Both the position numbers and the translations under genes were made by a program. The notes under the pieces are model-generated. The model was not told the origin of the DNA, did no database searches, and worked only from the letters and a program-made list of their open reading frames with translations. A DNA stretch of 34,599 nucleotides, taken from contig JBDKRC010000224.1 of the NCBI GenBank assembly GCA_039683575.1, forward strand, positions 1-34,599, in the 5' to 3' direction. The first letter of the stretch is position 1. Every line of letters starts with the position of its first letter. Shown in pieces: positions 25,701 through 33,877 of the stretch. The DNA is from Armatimonadia bacterium (GTDB lineage: Bacteria; Armatimonadota; Zipacnadia; Zipacnadales; UBA11051).

Positions 25701-25913
25701 GCGGCGGCCAAGCGGACGGAGCGAGGATGGAATGTGGAGATGGCGCTGCCGATTGGGGACTTGAAGCCGCAGGTTGGCGAGATGTGGGGGATCAACCTGT
25801 GCCGCACGAGGCCGTCAAGGCCGCAGAACGAGCCGGAGTACAGCGCGTGGTCGTTCACGCCGGGGGCCTTCGCGAAACCGGAGCGGTTTGGGGTGCTGGT
25901 GTTTGGGGAGTGA
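22737..25913 (+). CDS. Secreted multidomain GH42-like protein with trimerisation, NEW3-like and CBM9/DOMON-like domains
   Basis: Signal peptide; DGSFYDG..CYCKWCKAKFREWL; YEVLIVPE; LLVHVVNY; PPEGW; PVLDGTLDEECW..LYIAF..DSVEVFVD. Confidence 0.7.
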   Translation: MKRLIAVLIVLMGSVAAIAQGEVKAYRPGPVPPDGELRYCIQYGNVDAELLGFLQRSRVNFLHWHGPFSGYNGLEPRSELARLTKSAKQTIDAAHAAGMACILYIGPCFSYGDKDKRTLLFEFYDKRWAQYEDYFGKKPGDLLEMAQCNVEGKPRPYVYERQEGYHLCVNSPGVRQMTKGLIRMIVEAGGDGSFYDGPYVTEGRCYCKWCKAKFREWLKETYTAEELRTRLGVTDLAAVEPPKSAKEKLWVPFRRFNAWSLLDFMRDTKAYGRSLNPHYIMTSNYCMWRGEPFSPIRGTAEDAEVESQVVDVLFDEARYGAGPRWESGRISNSTDYRHLLAAAQGVPVALLKTAPEGTNPEAGGNLTRLAMAEGAANGGTWQLHRLKPAAAQGAEEYGQFLAGRQEALTRCRPWATVAIWTSATQAYYDLPTYPTAVSRYLADSHVPHKFVIDAEVEKGKLGAYEVLIVPEVAVISERQLAALQAFAKQPGKHVILIGPCGRLDEWGEKREEIKIAGAGVLPSMALPQSPNEGLNAADKEKLKGLLPLMQELTKQWLPAWVAAPEGQVEVTTGYDGRGKLLVHVVNYGVEMTGSLRTPKDVLVRVRLPQGMTAKTVPDQGPTGAKLYTPEQPKGRPQAFETVRPGPEEYAEFRLDELGIYSQVEFDLAPERRPVADKTRLVTKVEGEAAPGATVVIEAKLEPAAKGQWWISPGGGWQIEQADMPGGKRYTLKLGETIGDGYTGPQLSVRLPSGRQLTQMVWMPVQAPFEMGMRTPAFADMLTGRTRLAVTVRSRLPVAAEGALTVTPPEGWAVEGLPATVSLKPQASEQVVGWLRAPTGVKPGAYEVAATLTVGKRRAEATATLSVADNMKALQCRKTAAAPVLDGTLDEECWKQATVVTDFQRTDGKGNAKQQTVARVCYDERRLYIAFECLESEPETIINLVEQDGGEVWRDDSVEVFVDPGLTRRGVLHWTCNTAGKKSPAKGWEAAAKRTERGWNVEMALPIGDLKPQVGEMWGINLCRTRPSRPQNEPEYSAWSFTPGAFAKPERFGVLVFGE

Positions 25914-25921
25914 ACAAGGCA

Positions 25922-25959
25922 TACAGGATGTACAGGATAACGGCGGATGGGCAGGATGG
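25922..25959 (+). repeat. CAGGAT-periodic element (family D), copy 3
   Basis: tacaggatgtacaggataacggcggatgggcaggatgg. Confidence 0.85.
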
Positions 25960-26015
25960 GAGCGTAGGACGTTGTGGATGAAGCAGGGCGTATAGGATGA
26001 AAGATATGATGATTG

Positions 26016-26912
26016 ATGAGCAGTAGTACTCGCGGCATGTTGGTGATGGTCTTGTCGGCGGTGTTCTTTGCCCTGATGGCGGGGCTGGTGCGGGGCATGG
26101 AGGGCACGAGCGCGTATGTGATGGTGATGGCGCGGTTTGTGATTGGAACGCTGGTGTGCGTGGGGTTGTTTGCAGTGGGGTTGGACCGGCCGCGATGGAC
26201 CAACTGGCCGTGGATCATCACCCGGGGCGTGGTCGGCGGGGTTGCGGTTGTGATATTCTACTGGACCATCAAGGACATCGGTCTCGCCAAAGCGACAATG
26301 CTGAACTACACGTACGTGGTGTGGGCGGCGGTGGTGGCGGTGCCGCTCTTGCACGAGCGGCTGGGGATCATGCACTGGTTAGCCATCGCTGTGGCGCTGC
26401 TGGGGATTGTCCTGCTGTTCGATGTGCGGGAACTCTCGGTGGGGTATGGCGAGGCGTTGGCGTTGTTTGGCGCACTGTGCAGCGGCGTGGCGGTGATTTG
26501 CGTAACGCGGTGCCGGGAGACCGACAGCTCGACCAACATCTTCTGGTCGCAGTCGCTGTTCGGGATCGGGCTGGCGGCATGGCCGATGACGCAGCAGTGG
26601 GTGATGCCGACGACAGGGCAGTGGGCGGCGCTGGTGGGTATCGGGCTGCTCGCGGCGGTGGGGCAGTTGGCAATGACATATGCGTACAAGCACACCGGGG
26701 CCACGCAGGGGAGCCTGCTGAGTCTGGTGACGCCGGTCTTGAGCGCGCTGATGGGGGTGCTGTATTTCCATGAGGCGTATAACGCGGGGTTTGTGATCGG
26801 GTCGGCGCTGATTCTGGGGGCGTGTGGGTATATGGCGGTCTATCCGGTGGGGAAGGGTGGGCTGGAGAAGGCTGGGGAGGAAGATGAGAGCTTTACAGGC
26901 TGTACAGGATAA
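26016..26912 (+). CDS. DMT/EamA family transporter
   Basis: About 10 TM segments in two halves; ARF, ATMLNYT, LHERLG, AYK. Confidence 0.92.
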   Translation: MSSSTRGMLVMVLSAVFFALMAGLVRGMEGTSAYVMVMARFVIGTLVCVGLFAVGLDRPRWTNWPWIITRGVVGGVAVVIFYWTIKDIGLAKATMLNYTYVVWAAVVAVPLLHERLGIMHWLAIAVALLGIVLLFDVRELSVGYGEALALFGALCSGVAVICVTRCRETDSSTNIFWSQSLFGIGLAAWPMTQQWVMPTTGQWAALVGIGLLAAVGQLAMTYAYKHTGATQGSLLSLVTPVLSALMGVLYFHEAYNAGFVIGSALILGACGYMAVYPVGKGGLEKAGEEDESFTGCTG

Positions 26913-26932
26913 CGGCAGGATGGGGATGATGA
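26886..26932 (+). repeat. CAGGAT-periodic element (family D), copy 4; overlaps the EamA stop codon
   Basis: gagagctttacaggctgtacaggataacggcaggatggggatgatga. Confidence 0.85.
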
Positions 26933-26972
26933 GCTGGGATCGTATGGCGAAGGGCGGGTTTGGGTGCCAGCT

Positions 26973-27002
26973 GGTCGCGATCAGTGATCGCTCGTACAGG
27001 CG
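26973..27002 (-). repeat. REP-like hairpin, family B
   Basis: Exact reverse complement of 3101-3130. Confidence 0.9.
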
Positions 27003-27076
27003 GAGGTAGCCGAGGGTGTTGGGAAGGGCCCGACAGGGATGTCGGGCTGTATTTTGTGTAACGGGATTGTGTTTGC

Positions 27077-29005
27077 ATGCCGCTGATTAGCGTTGAGAAC
27101 TTGACTAAGTACTACGGGACCGAGCTGATGCTGGATCATGTGTCGTTTGCCATTGATCACCGGGAGAGGCTGGGGTTCATTGGGGCGAATGGGACCGGGA
27201 AGACTACGCTTTGCCGGATACTGCTCGGCCAGGAGCAGTATGAGGATGATTCAAAGATACATATCGCGCGGGGGACGACGATTGGGTACCTGTCGCAGGA
27301 TGTGCGGTTCCATGGGGCGGATACGCCGTGGGAACTGGTGATGTCGCTCTTCAAGGACCTCAAAAAGCGCGAGAAGCGGATGGCTGAGGTGACCGAGCGG
27401 ATGGGGGCGGAGGGGGTCGATGACGAGGAACTGCACCGGCTGCTGGATGAGCACGCGCGGCTGCTGGAAGAGTTTGAGCGGCACGGCGGGTATGACTATG
27501 AGCACCGGGCGGCGGGGGTGCTGACGCGGGTGGGGGTGCCGGAGGTGGACTTCCACCGACCGCTGGCGAGCTTCAGCGGAGGCGAACAGCGGCGGGCGGC
27601 GCTGGCGAAGCTGCTTCTTGAAGCGCCTGACCTGTTGCTGCTCGACGAGCCGACGAACCATCTCGATGTGCAGGGGATCGAGTGGCTGGAACAGTACCTG
27701 AGAAACTACCCGGGCGCGGTTGTGGCGATCTCCCATGACAGGCGCTTTCTGGATTCCGTGGCGCAGAAGATACTGGAACTCGAGGCCTGTGATCTGACCG
27801 AGTATCACGGGGGGTACTCGGACTACATGAAGCAAAAAGAGCAGCGGCTCATGGTGTATGAGCGGCAATATGAGCGGCAGCAGCAGGAACTGAAGAAGCA
27901 GATGAGCTTCATCCGGTGGGCACTGGCGACGCAGCAGGAGAAGCGCGTGAAGGCTGCCAAGAGCAGGCTGAAGCTGCTGGACAAGACGGAGTACCTGGAC
28001 CCGCCGCTGAACCAGCGGCGCAAGATGAGCATCCGGTTTCAGCCGAAAGTGCGCGGAGGGAACGAGATACTGCTATTGGAGGGGCTGGGGAAGCAGTACG
28101 GGGGCAAGCGGCTGTTTTCGGGGCTGGACCTGCTGGTGCGGCGTGGCGAACGGGTCGGGGTTGTGGGGTCCAACGGGACCGGGAAGACGACGCTTATCAA
28201 GATTGCGCTGGGTCTGGAGACGCCCAGCGAGGGGACGGCGCGGCTGGGAAAGAGCGTGGAGGTGGGGTATCACCGGCAGGAGGAGTTCGGCCTGGACCCC
28301 AACAACACCGTGTTGCAGGAGTTCGGGACGGTGCTACCGGATGCCGATACCGCGGAGCTGCGGAGTCTGCTGGCGCGGTTCCTGTTCGTGGAGGATGATG
28401 TCTTCAAGCGAGTCGGGGACCTGTCGGGCGGCGAACAGAGCCGCCTGTCGCTGGCGAAGCTCGTGATGACGCGGCCGACGCTGCTGGTGCTGGACGAGCC
28501 TACCAACCATCTGGACATCGACTCGCGGAATGCGCTGGAGGGGGCGCTGAAGGAGTACGAGGGAACGATCCTGGTTGTCAGCCATGACCGTTACTTCCTC
28601 GACGCGGTGGTCAATCGGTTGATCCTGCTCACCGAGGGTGCGGCGGTTGTGCACGAGGGGAACTATAGCTCGTACATGGCCAAGAAGGCGGCGCTGGAGG
28701 CCGAGGCCGAGAGGCTGGTGCAGGAAGAAGCGGAGGTGGCCCGCCAGGAGCGGCTGCGGCAGGAGAAGCTGGCGCGGAAGGCCAAGCGCGAAGCGGCGGA
28801 GAGAGACGGTGGGCCGAAGCTGACGCCTGAGGAACTGGAGGCGCGGGCGTACGCGCTGGAGGACTCGATCAGCCGGATCGAGGGGATACTGGGGGAAGCG
28901 GCGACATACGAGAACCCGGCGCGAGTGGCGGCGCTGAGCGCTGAGCACCAGAAGCTGAGCGAGGAACTGGAGCGGGTGTATGAGCTTTGGGTGGAGGAGG
29001 AGTGA
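27077..29005 (+). CDS. ABC-F family ATPase (Uup/YdiF-like)
   Basis: Two NBDs (GANGTGKT/FSGGE/LDEPTNHLD and GSNGTGKT/LSGGE/LDEPTNHLD), no TM segments, C-terminal coiled coil. Confidence 0.96.
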   Translation: MPLISVENLTKYYGTELMLDHVSFAIDHRERLGFIGANGTGKTTLCRILLGQEQYEDDSKIHIARGTTIGYLSQDVRFHGADTPWELVMSLFKDLKKREKRMAEVTERMGAEGVDDEELHRLLDEHARLLEEFERHGGYDYEHRAAGVLTRVGVPEVDFHRPLASFSGGEQRRAALAKLLLEAPDLLLLDEPTNHLDVQGIEWLEQYLRNYPGAVVAISHDRRFLDSVAQKILELEACDLTEYHGGYSDYMKQKEQRLMVYERQYERQQQELKKQMSFIRWALATQQEKRVKAAKSRLKLLDKTEYLDPPLNQRRKMSIRFQPKVRGGNEILLLEGLGKQYGGKRLFSGLDLLVRRGERVGVVGSNGTGKTTLIKIALGLETPSEGTARLGKSVEVGYHRQEEFGLDPNNTVLQEFGTVLPDADTAELRSLLARFLFVEDDVFKRVGDLSGGEQSRLSLAKLVMTRPTLLVLDEPTNHLDIDSRNALEGALKEYEGTILVVSHDRYFLDAVVNRLILLTEGAAVVHEGNYSSYMAKKAALEAEAERLVQEEAEVARQERLRQEKLARKAKREAAERDGGPKLTPEELEARAYALEDSISRIEGILGEAATYENPARVAALSAEHQKLSEELERVYELWVEEE

Positions 29006-29010
29006 GCATC

Positions 29011-30144
29011 ATGAAGCTGGGAGCAGAGCTTCGCGAGGCGATTGAGCGACAGATTGAGGCGGGGGAGATACCGGGTGGCGTGGTGCTTGCGGGGCGAGGT
29101 GGGGAGGTCCTCTGCCACGAGGCGGTGGGGGAGCGGATGGTGGCACCGGAGCGGCGGCCGATGGAGCCGGACACCCTGTTTGATCTGGCGTCGGTGACCA
29201 AGCCCGTGGCGACGGCGACGGTGGTGATGCAGCTAGTGGAGGAAGGGCGGCTGGAGGTTGAAGGGCGAGTGTGTGAGTGGGTGGACGGGATTGATGAGCG
29301 GGTTACGCTGCGGCATCTGCTGACACATTCGTCGGGCTTGCCGGCGCACAAGAACTATATGCTCGAGTGGGGGGGGACGGACTGTAGGGCGGGGGCTTGT
29401 ACCCCGCCGGTCGTTATCACCGACGGCGCTCGCGGCGGGGTACAAGGCCCCGCCCTGCAGTCCGAGGAGCGGCTGGAGCAGGTGGTGGCCGATATCTGCG
29501 GGCTGCCCTTGCAGTGGGCGCCGGGGGAGGGGTTTGCTTACTCCTGTCTGGGGTACATCGTGCTGACGGCGGTGGTGGAGCGGGTGACGGGGGAGCGGCT
29601 GGACAGATTGGTGGAGCAGCGAGTGACGGGGCCGCTCGGGATGAAGGACACAGGCTTCTGTCCGGATGAAGCGCGGCGGGCGCGGTGTGCGGCTACGGAG
29701 CAGTTTCCTGAAGGGGTGCTGTGCGGGGTGGTGCATGACGAGAATGCGCGGTATCTGGGCGGGGTGTCGGGGAATGCGGGACTGTTTGCGACTGCGGGCG
29801 ATCTGGCGCGGTTTGTAGCGATGGTGATGGGCGGGGGGGAACTGGAGGGGGAGAGGGTGCTGGCGGCGGATACGGTGGAGACGATGACTACGCCGCAATC
29901 GCGGCTTGTCGGGGGAGTGCGGGGGCTGGGTTGGGACATCGACTCGACTTACTCGGCGGCGCCGCGTGGCGGGTTCCCCATGGCGAGCTTTGGGCATACG
30001 GGGTATACGGGGACGTCCATCTGGGGGGATCGGGCGAGTGGGGTGTTTGTGGTGCTGCTGACCAACCGGGTACATTTCGGACGGGAGAAGGACGTGAGCG
30101 CCTTGCGGCGTGAGGTGGGGGAGATTGTGGCGGAGCTTATCTGA
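29011..30144 (+). CDS. Serine hydrolase, beta-lactamase class C-like family
   Basis: FDLASVTK (SxxK), LLTHSSG, YSC, GVVHDENA, GNAGLF, GHTGYTG, LLTNR. Confidence 0.92.
   Translation: MKLGAELREAIERQIEAGEIPGGVVLAGRGGEVLCHEAVGERMVAPERRPMEPDTLFDLASVTKPVATATVVMQLVEEGRLEVEGRVCEWVDGIDERVTLRHLLTHSSGLPAHKNYMLEWGGTDCRAGACTPPVVITDGARGGVQGPALQSEERLEQVVADICGLPLQWAPGEGFAYSCLGYIVLTAVVERVTGERLDRLVEQRVTGPLGMKDTGFCPDEARRARCAATEQFPEGVLCGVVHDENARYLGGVSGNAGLFATAGDLARFVAMVMGGGELEGERVLAADTVETMTTPQSRLVGGVRGLGWDIDSTYSAAPRGGFPMASFGHTGYTGTSIWGDRASGVFVVLLTNRVHFGREKDVSALRREVGEIVAELI
29383..29459. repeat. 77-nt palindromic element (family A), in frame inside the serine hydrolase
   Basis: tgtagggcgggggcttgtaccccgccgg...cggcggggtacaaggccccgccctgca; read as CRAGACTPPVVITDGARGGVQGPALQ. 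Confidence 0.92.
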
Positions 30145-30188
30145 AGGGCGCGGACGGGTCAGGCCCGCGCCCCTTTTCGCAGCCCGGT

Positions 30189-31514
30189 CTAGGCCAGGTA
30201 TACCGCACTGACCTTGTTGATCGCCTCGGCGATTTGCTCGCAATCCCCCTCCGTCCAGCCTCCATCGATTCCCATGCGCACCGCACGCGAGAGCCAGTCG
30301 AGAGTGTTGGGGCACATGTCCGGGCTGTAGTCGGGCAGCTTGCCCTGGTAGAGCGGGCAGGTGAAGGGGCAGCCGTCGGGTGTGGCCGTCTTCTGCTCCA
30401 TGATCTGCTCCCAGTAGCTGTAGACGTGCCAGTCGCGGATCTGGTCGGAGTAGCCGCCACCCGCGCCGATTCCCTCGGCGGCGAGGGCCTCACGCACTTT
30501 CTGGGCAGTGTCCACGTCGGGGGCGAAGAAGGTGAAGGTGTAGGCGGCCTCACCGTCGGGATCGTGCGAGGTCTGTAGCTGGAGGCCGGGGCGCGACTCC
30601 AGGCGGGAGATGATGGCCTGTTTGACGCGACGCCAGTCGGCACAGCGCTGATCGACCTTGCGTAGCTGGGCCAGGGCTACAGCCGCGGCCAGCTCCGACA
30701 TCCGGTAGTTTTCCCCGCAGAATAGCTCGCCGGGACGCCGCTCCTTGGCGTAGCGGTCGGGCCGCCAGCAGGCCGCGGTGTCGTGCCAGCTTTGGGCGCG
30801 GGTATCGAGCCACTCATCGTCCGTGCACACCACTCCCCCTTCTCCAGCCACGAACGTCTTGTAGTAGTCCAGCGAGAAGCAGCCCAGGTCGCCGATGGTG
30901 CCCAGTGGCTTGCCGTGGTAGGTGCCGCCGCCGGACTGCGCGGCGTCTTCGATTACCCGCAGGTTGTGGCGGCGGGCGATGTCCATGAGCGCGTCCATGT
31001 TCGAGGGCATTCCGCCCATGTGTACAGGGGCAATGGCGACAGTCTGCGGGGTGATATTCGCTTCGACGTCGGCGGGGTCCAGGGTGAGGGAGGCGTCTAC
31101 CTCGGCGATGACGGGGATGCCCTTGGCGACCACCACGGCGGAAGTCGTGGCGAAGAAGGTGTAAGCCGGGACGATGACTTCCGTGCCTGGCCCGACGCCC
31201 GCCGCAACCATTGCCGCCACGAGCGCGGAGGTGCCGGAGTTCACGCCCAGGGCGTGCCGGCAGCCGAAGTGCTCTTTGAAGGCAGTCTCGAACTCAACGA
31301 CCTTGGAGCGCTCGTTGTAGTAGCGGAAGAGGTGCGGCGACCGGGGCTGTGACTGCAGCACGAGGTCTGCGATCTGCTGCTTGGTCTGTGCATCGTCGGT
31401 CCACAGGTCCAGGAGTTCGAGCAGTTCCTCGGTCCAGATTTTGGGCTGTGAGTGGCCAGTGATTTGACTGACGGCGCGGGGGCCGCCGTTGATGGCGAGC
31501 TTCGCTTCAGGCAT
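30189..31514 (-). CDS. DegT/DnrJ/EryC1/StrS PLP-dependent aminotransferase
   Basis: VNSGTSAL, EVIVPAYTF, IEDAAQS, FSLDYYK (PLP lysine), GEGG, NYRMSEL; start MPEAKLAINGG. Confidence 0.93.
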   Translation of the reverse strand: MPEAKLAINGGPRAVSQITGHSQPKIWTEELLELLDLWTDDAQTKQQIADLVLQSQPRSPHLFRYYNERSKVVEFETAFKEHFGCRHALGVNSGTSALVAAMVAAGVGPGTEVIVPAYTFFATTSAVVVAKGIPVIAEVDASLTLDPADVEANITPQTVAIAPVHMGGMPSNMDALMDIARRHNLRVIEDAAQSGGGTYHGKPLGTIGDLGCFSLDYYKTFVAGEGGVVCTDDEWLDTRAQSWHDTAACWRPDRYAKERRPGELFCGENYRMSELAAAVALAQLRKVDQRCADWRRVKQAIISRLESRPGLQLQTSHDPDGEAAYTFTFFAPDVDTAQKVREALAAEGIGAGGGYSDQIRDWHVYSYWEQIMEQKTATPDGCPFTCPLYQGKLPDYSPDMCPNTLDWLSRAVRMGIDGGWTEGDCEQIAEAINKVSAVYLA

Positions 31515-31646
31515 GTTCCTGTTCCCTTCGCGTTGATTGCGCATGTTGCGGCCAGATTGGCTGTGTGACGATGATAGCGCCATGAACGGCGTGGTGAAAT
31601 ATGCATTTGTTGCGATCTGTTTGCCATTCATGCTATGCTTTCTGGC

Positions 31647-32519
31647 ATGCTGAGCCCCAATCGTCACTTTGATCGCGAGGCGCTGGAAGTGCTGCTGGCC
31701 CCGGAGCGCTGGGCGCTGGTTACTCCCGAGCTGGCGGAGCTTGAGCCGTGCGAGGATGCGCGGCACCAACGGTGGATGGAGGTGAATACGCATTGCCACG
31801 CGCACCGCGAGATCTGCCTGATAACGCGAGGAGAGGGTGTCCACGGGTGCGGAGGGGCGATGTACCACTTCACACCCGGGACGGTCTTCTACTTTGAGGC
31901 GTTTGTCGGGCATGACCAGGTGCCGCCGCCGTATATGGATGGCGTGGATCAACTGTGGTTTTCGGTGGTGAAGGATTCGGTGGTGGCGCGGCTGATTGAA
32001 GTGCGCAACGGGGAGTTCGGCTTTGGGGGGCGGTTCCGGGAGCTGTTGACCGACCGGGAGTTGGGCGTGACTGACTGCGGCAGCCTGCTAAGCCGCATCC
32101 AGCTGACGGGGATGCCGGGGGAGCTGTGTCTGCTGCAACTGCGGGCGGCGGTGATGACGCTGGTGTCGGCGCTGCTGGCGGTTGGCTATGCGCCACCGGT
32201 GCCGGAGCTGGCGGATGACTTCCAGGGGCGGGTCATCACGATGGTGGCCAGGCACATAGCAGAAACCGCCGGGCGCGGAGAGAGTCTGGACAGTCTGGCA
32301 CGGCTTGCGGGGTATAGCAAGTACCATTTCCTGCGGCTGTTTCAACAGCACACCGGGCGGTCGGTGCACGAGTACATTGATGAGTGCCGACTGCAGCGGG
32401 TGTCGGCGGGCCTGGCGAAGGGGCATACGCAAAGGCAAATCGCCGAGGAGTTGGGATTCTCCTCGGCGGCGGTGTTCTGCAGGTGGTACAAGCGCTATCG
32501 GGACCTGGAGATCGGCTAA
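31647..32519 (+). CDS. AraC family transcriptional regulator
   Basis: Cupin-like HCHAHREI; C-terminal SLDSLARLAGYSKYHFLRLF..IAEELGFSS; start 31647 or 31635. Confidence 0.92.
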   Translation: MLSPNRHFDREALEVLLAPERWALVTPELAELEPCEDARHQRWMEVNTHCHAHREICLITRGEGVHGCGGAMYHFTPGTVFYFEAFVGHDQVPPPYMDGVDQLWFSVVKDSVVARLIEVRNGEFGFGGRFRELLTDRELGVTDCGSLLSRIQLTGMPGELCLLQLRAAVMTLVSALLAVGYAPPVPELADDFQGRVITMVARHIAETAGRGESLDSLARLAGYSKYHFLRLFQQHTGRSVHEYIDECRLQRVSAGLAKGHTQRQIAEELGFSSAAVFCRWYKRYRDLEIG

Positions 32520-33601
32520 CGCCCCAGCGTCCGGCCGCGCTCGACGAAGTACTTCATGGTCTCGTAGTTGATTTCCGGCGGCTCGGAGTGGTCGGAGTGG
32601 AGGATGTAGCCGCCGCCACCCTTCACTACCGGCAGTATCTTGCGATCCATCTCCTCGTCAATCTGCCTGAAGTCGTTGCTGATCAGGCAGCGGACGTCCA
32701 CCCCACCGTAGAATGAGATCTTGTCTCCGAAGCGCTCAAACAGCGTGGGCAGGTCCATGCCGGCTTTGACTTCCATGGCCTGCAGGCAGTCCATCCCCGC
32801 CTCGATCATCCCGGGAACCAGCGGCTCGACGTATCCGCAGCTATGGACGATGACCTTGCAGCCGAGACTGTGGGCGTAGTCGAACAGGCGGGCGTGGCCG
32901 GGCTGGAGAATTTCGCGGTACATCGTGGGTGACATGAAGGGGCGGTTCTTGAAGCCCATGTCCTCATAGAAGAAAAAGCCGTCGGGCTTGCCTTCTTCGG
33001 CGAAGAGGAGTTCGAGGTGGTTGATGGTGAGGTCGGTGTAGGTCTGCACCATGTCCCTGACCCAGTCGGGGTCGAGGGCCATGCCCATCAGCATGTATTC
33101 GTGGCCACAAATGGGGTGCATCTGCTCGAAGGGGGCGACGCCGGCCCAGCAGTAGAAGCGCTGCCTTTCGGCGGCGTACTTCTTAGCCTCCCGGTAGCCC
33201 TCGAAGGGGATGCGGCGGCGGTCGATGCCGACGAGCTTTTCCTTGAAGGGCTCCCAGCCGTGACGGTCCTTGACGGTGAAGTCCACATGCTCGGGGGTGC
33301 TGTCGTGGAGCTTGTGGCGGCGCAGCTTGGCGCCGTTGCCGTCGATCTGCAGGATCGTCTCGTCGGTTTCCTCGATGGTCTCAGGGGTGAAATCGAGGTC
33401 GGCGACGGAGTTGAGCCAGCCGCCGGTGCGCAGGTCCTGGCCGAAGTGCTCCTGGATGTCCTCGTCGGCGCCGATGTGGCCCTCGTCGCGCCAGCGCTTG
33501 ATGGTGGCGCCCCAGGGGCTGACGGCGATGGGCGTGAGGTCCACGGGCTGACGGCTGAGGACGGCGGTCATGCGTTCGAGGCTGGTCATGGTGGCGGGCA
33601 T
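32516..33601 (-). CDS. Uroporphyrinogen decarboxylase (URO-D/MtaA-CmuA) family protein
   Basis: MTSLER, YEDMG..PFMSP, VHSCG, GGVD, GGGYILHSDH. Confidence 0.88.
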   Translation of the reverse strand: MPATMTSLERMTAVLSRQPVDLTPIAVSPWGATIKRWRDEGHIGADEDIQEHFGQDLRTGGWLNSVADLDFTPETIEETDETILQIDGNGAKLRRHKLHDSTPEHVDFTVKDRHGWEPFKEKLVGIDRRRIPFEGYREAKKYAAERQRFYCWAGVAPFEQMHPICGHEYMLMGMALDPDWVRDMVQTYTDLTINHLELLFAEEGKPDGFFFYEDMGFKNRPFMSPTMYREILQPGHARLFDYAHSLGCKVIVHSCGYVEPLVPGMIEAGMDCLQAMEVKAGMDLPTLFERFGDKISFYGGVDVRCLISNDFRQIDEEMDRKILPVVKGGGGYILHSDHSEPPEINYETMKYFVERGRTLGR

Positions 33602-33638
33602 GAACGGGCTCCTTGTGGATGGTCGCGTGGCAGACCGA

Positions 33639-33674
33639 TCGCGGTCTGGTGACCGCTCCTGCAGGCGGCGGTAG
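33639..33674 (-). repeat. REP-like hairpin, family B
   Basis: tcgcggtctggtgaccgctcctgcaggcggcggtag; shares its tail with the 20327 and 26973 copies. Confidence 0.75.
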
Positions 33675-33777
33675 TGGCAGATTCGACGGGTAGCGGGGGA
33701 TTCCTGCTACGCTCGCGGGCAGGAAGTGGGGGGAGCGTGGCGAAAGGTTTGGGGCGGGGTACAGACCCCAAATGCTC

Positions 33778-33862
33778 TGTCATCCTGAGCGCGGAAGTCC
33801 GCGTCCGCCAAGCGAAGGATCTCTCCCCACGCTGCAGATTCTTCGCTGCGCTCAGAATGACA
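33778..33862. repeat. Palindromic repeat family C, copy 2
   Basis: tgtcatcctgagcg...gcgaaggatct...agattcttcgctgcgctcagaatgaca. Confidence 0.85.
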
Positions 33863-33877
33863 ACCCTATAGCCGTCT

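Noticed and set aside
27077-30144. Antibiotic-resistance locus (ARE ABC-F plus beta-lactamase)
   Set aside because: The motifs support only a generic ABC-F and a generic serine hydrolase; resistance cannot be inferred from them.
31515-31952. ORF-track extension of the DegT gene
   Set aside because: It overlaps AraC on the opposite strand; homology starts at MPEAKLAING.
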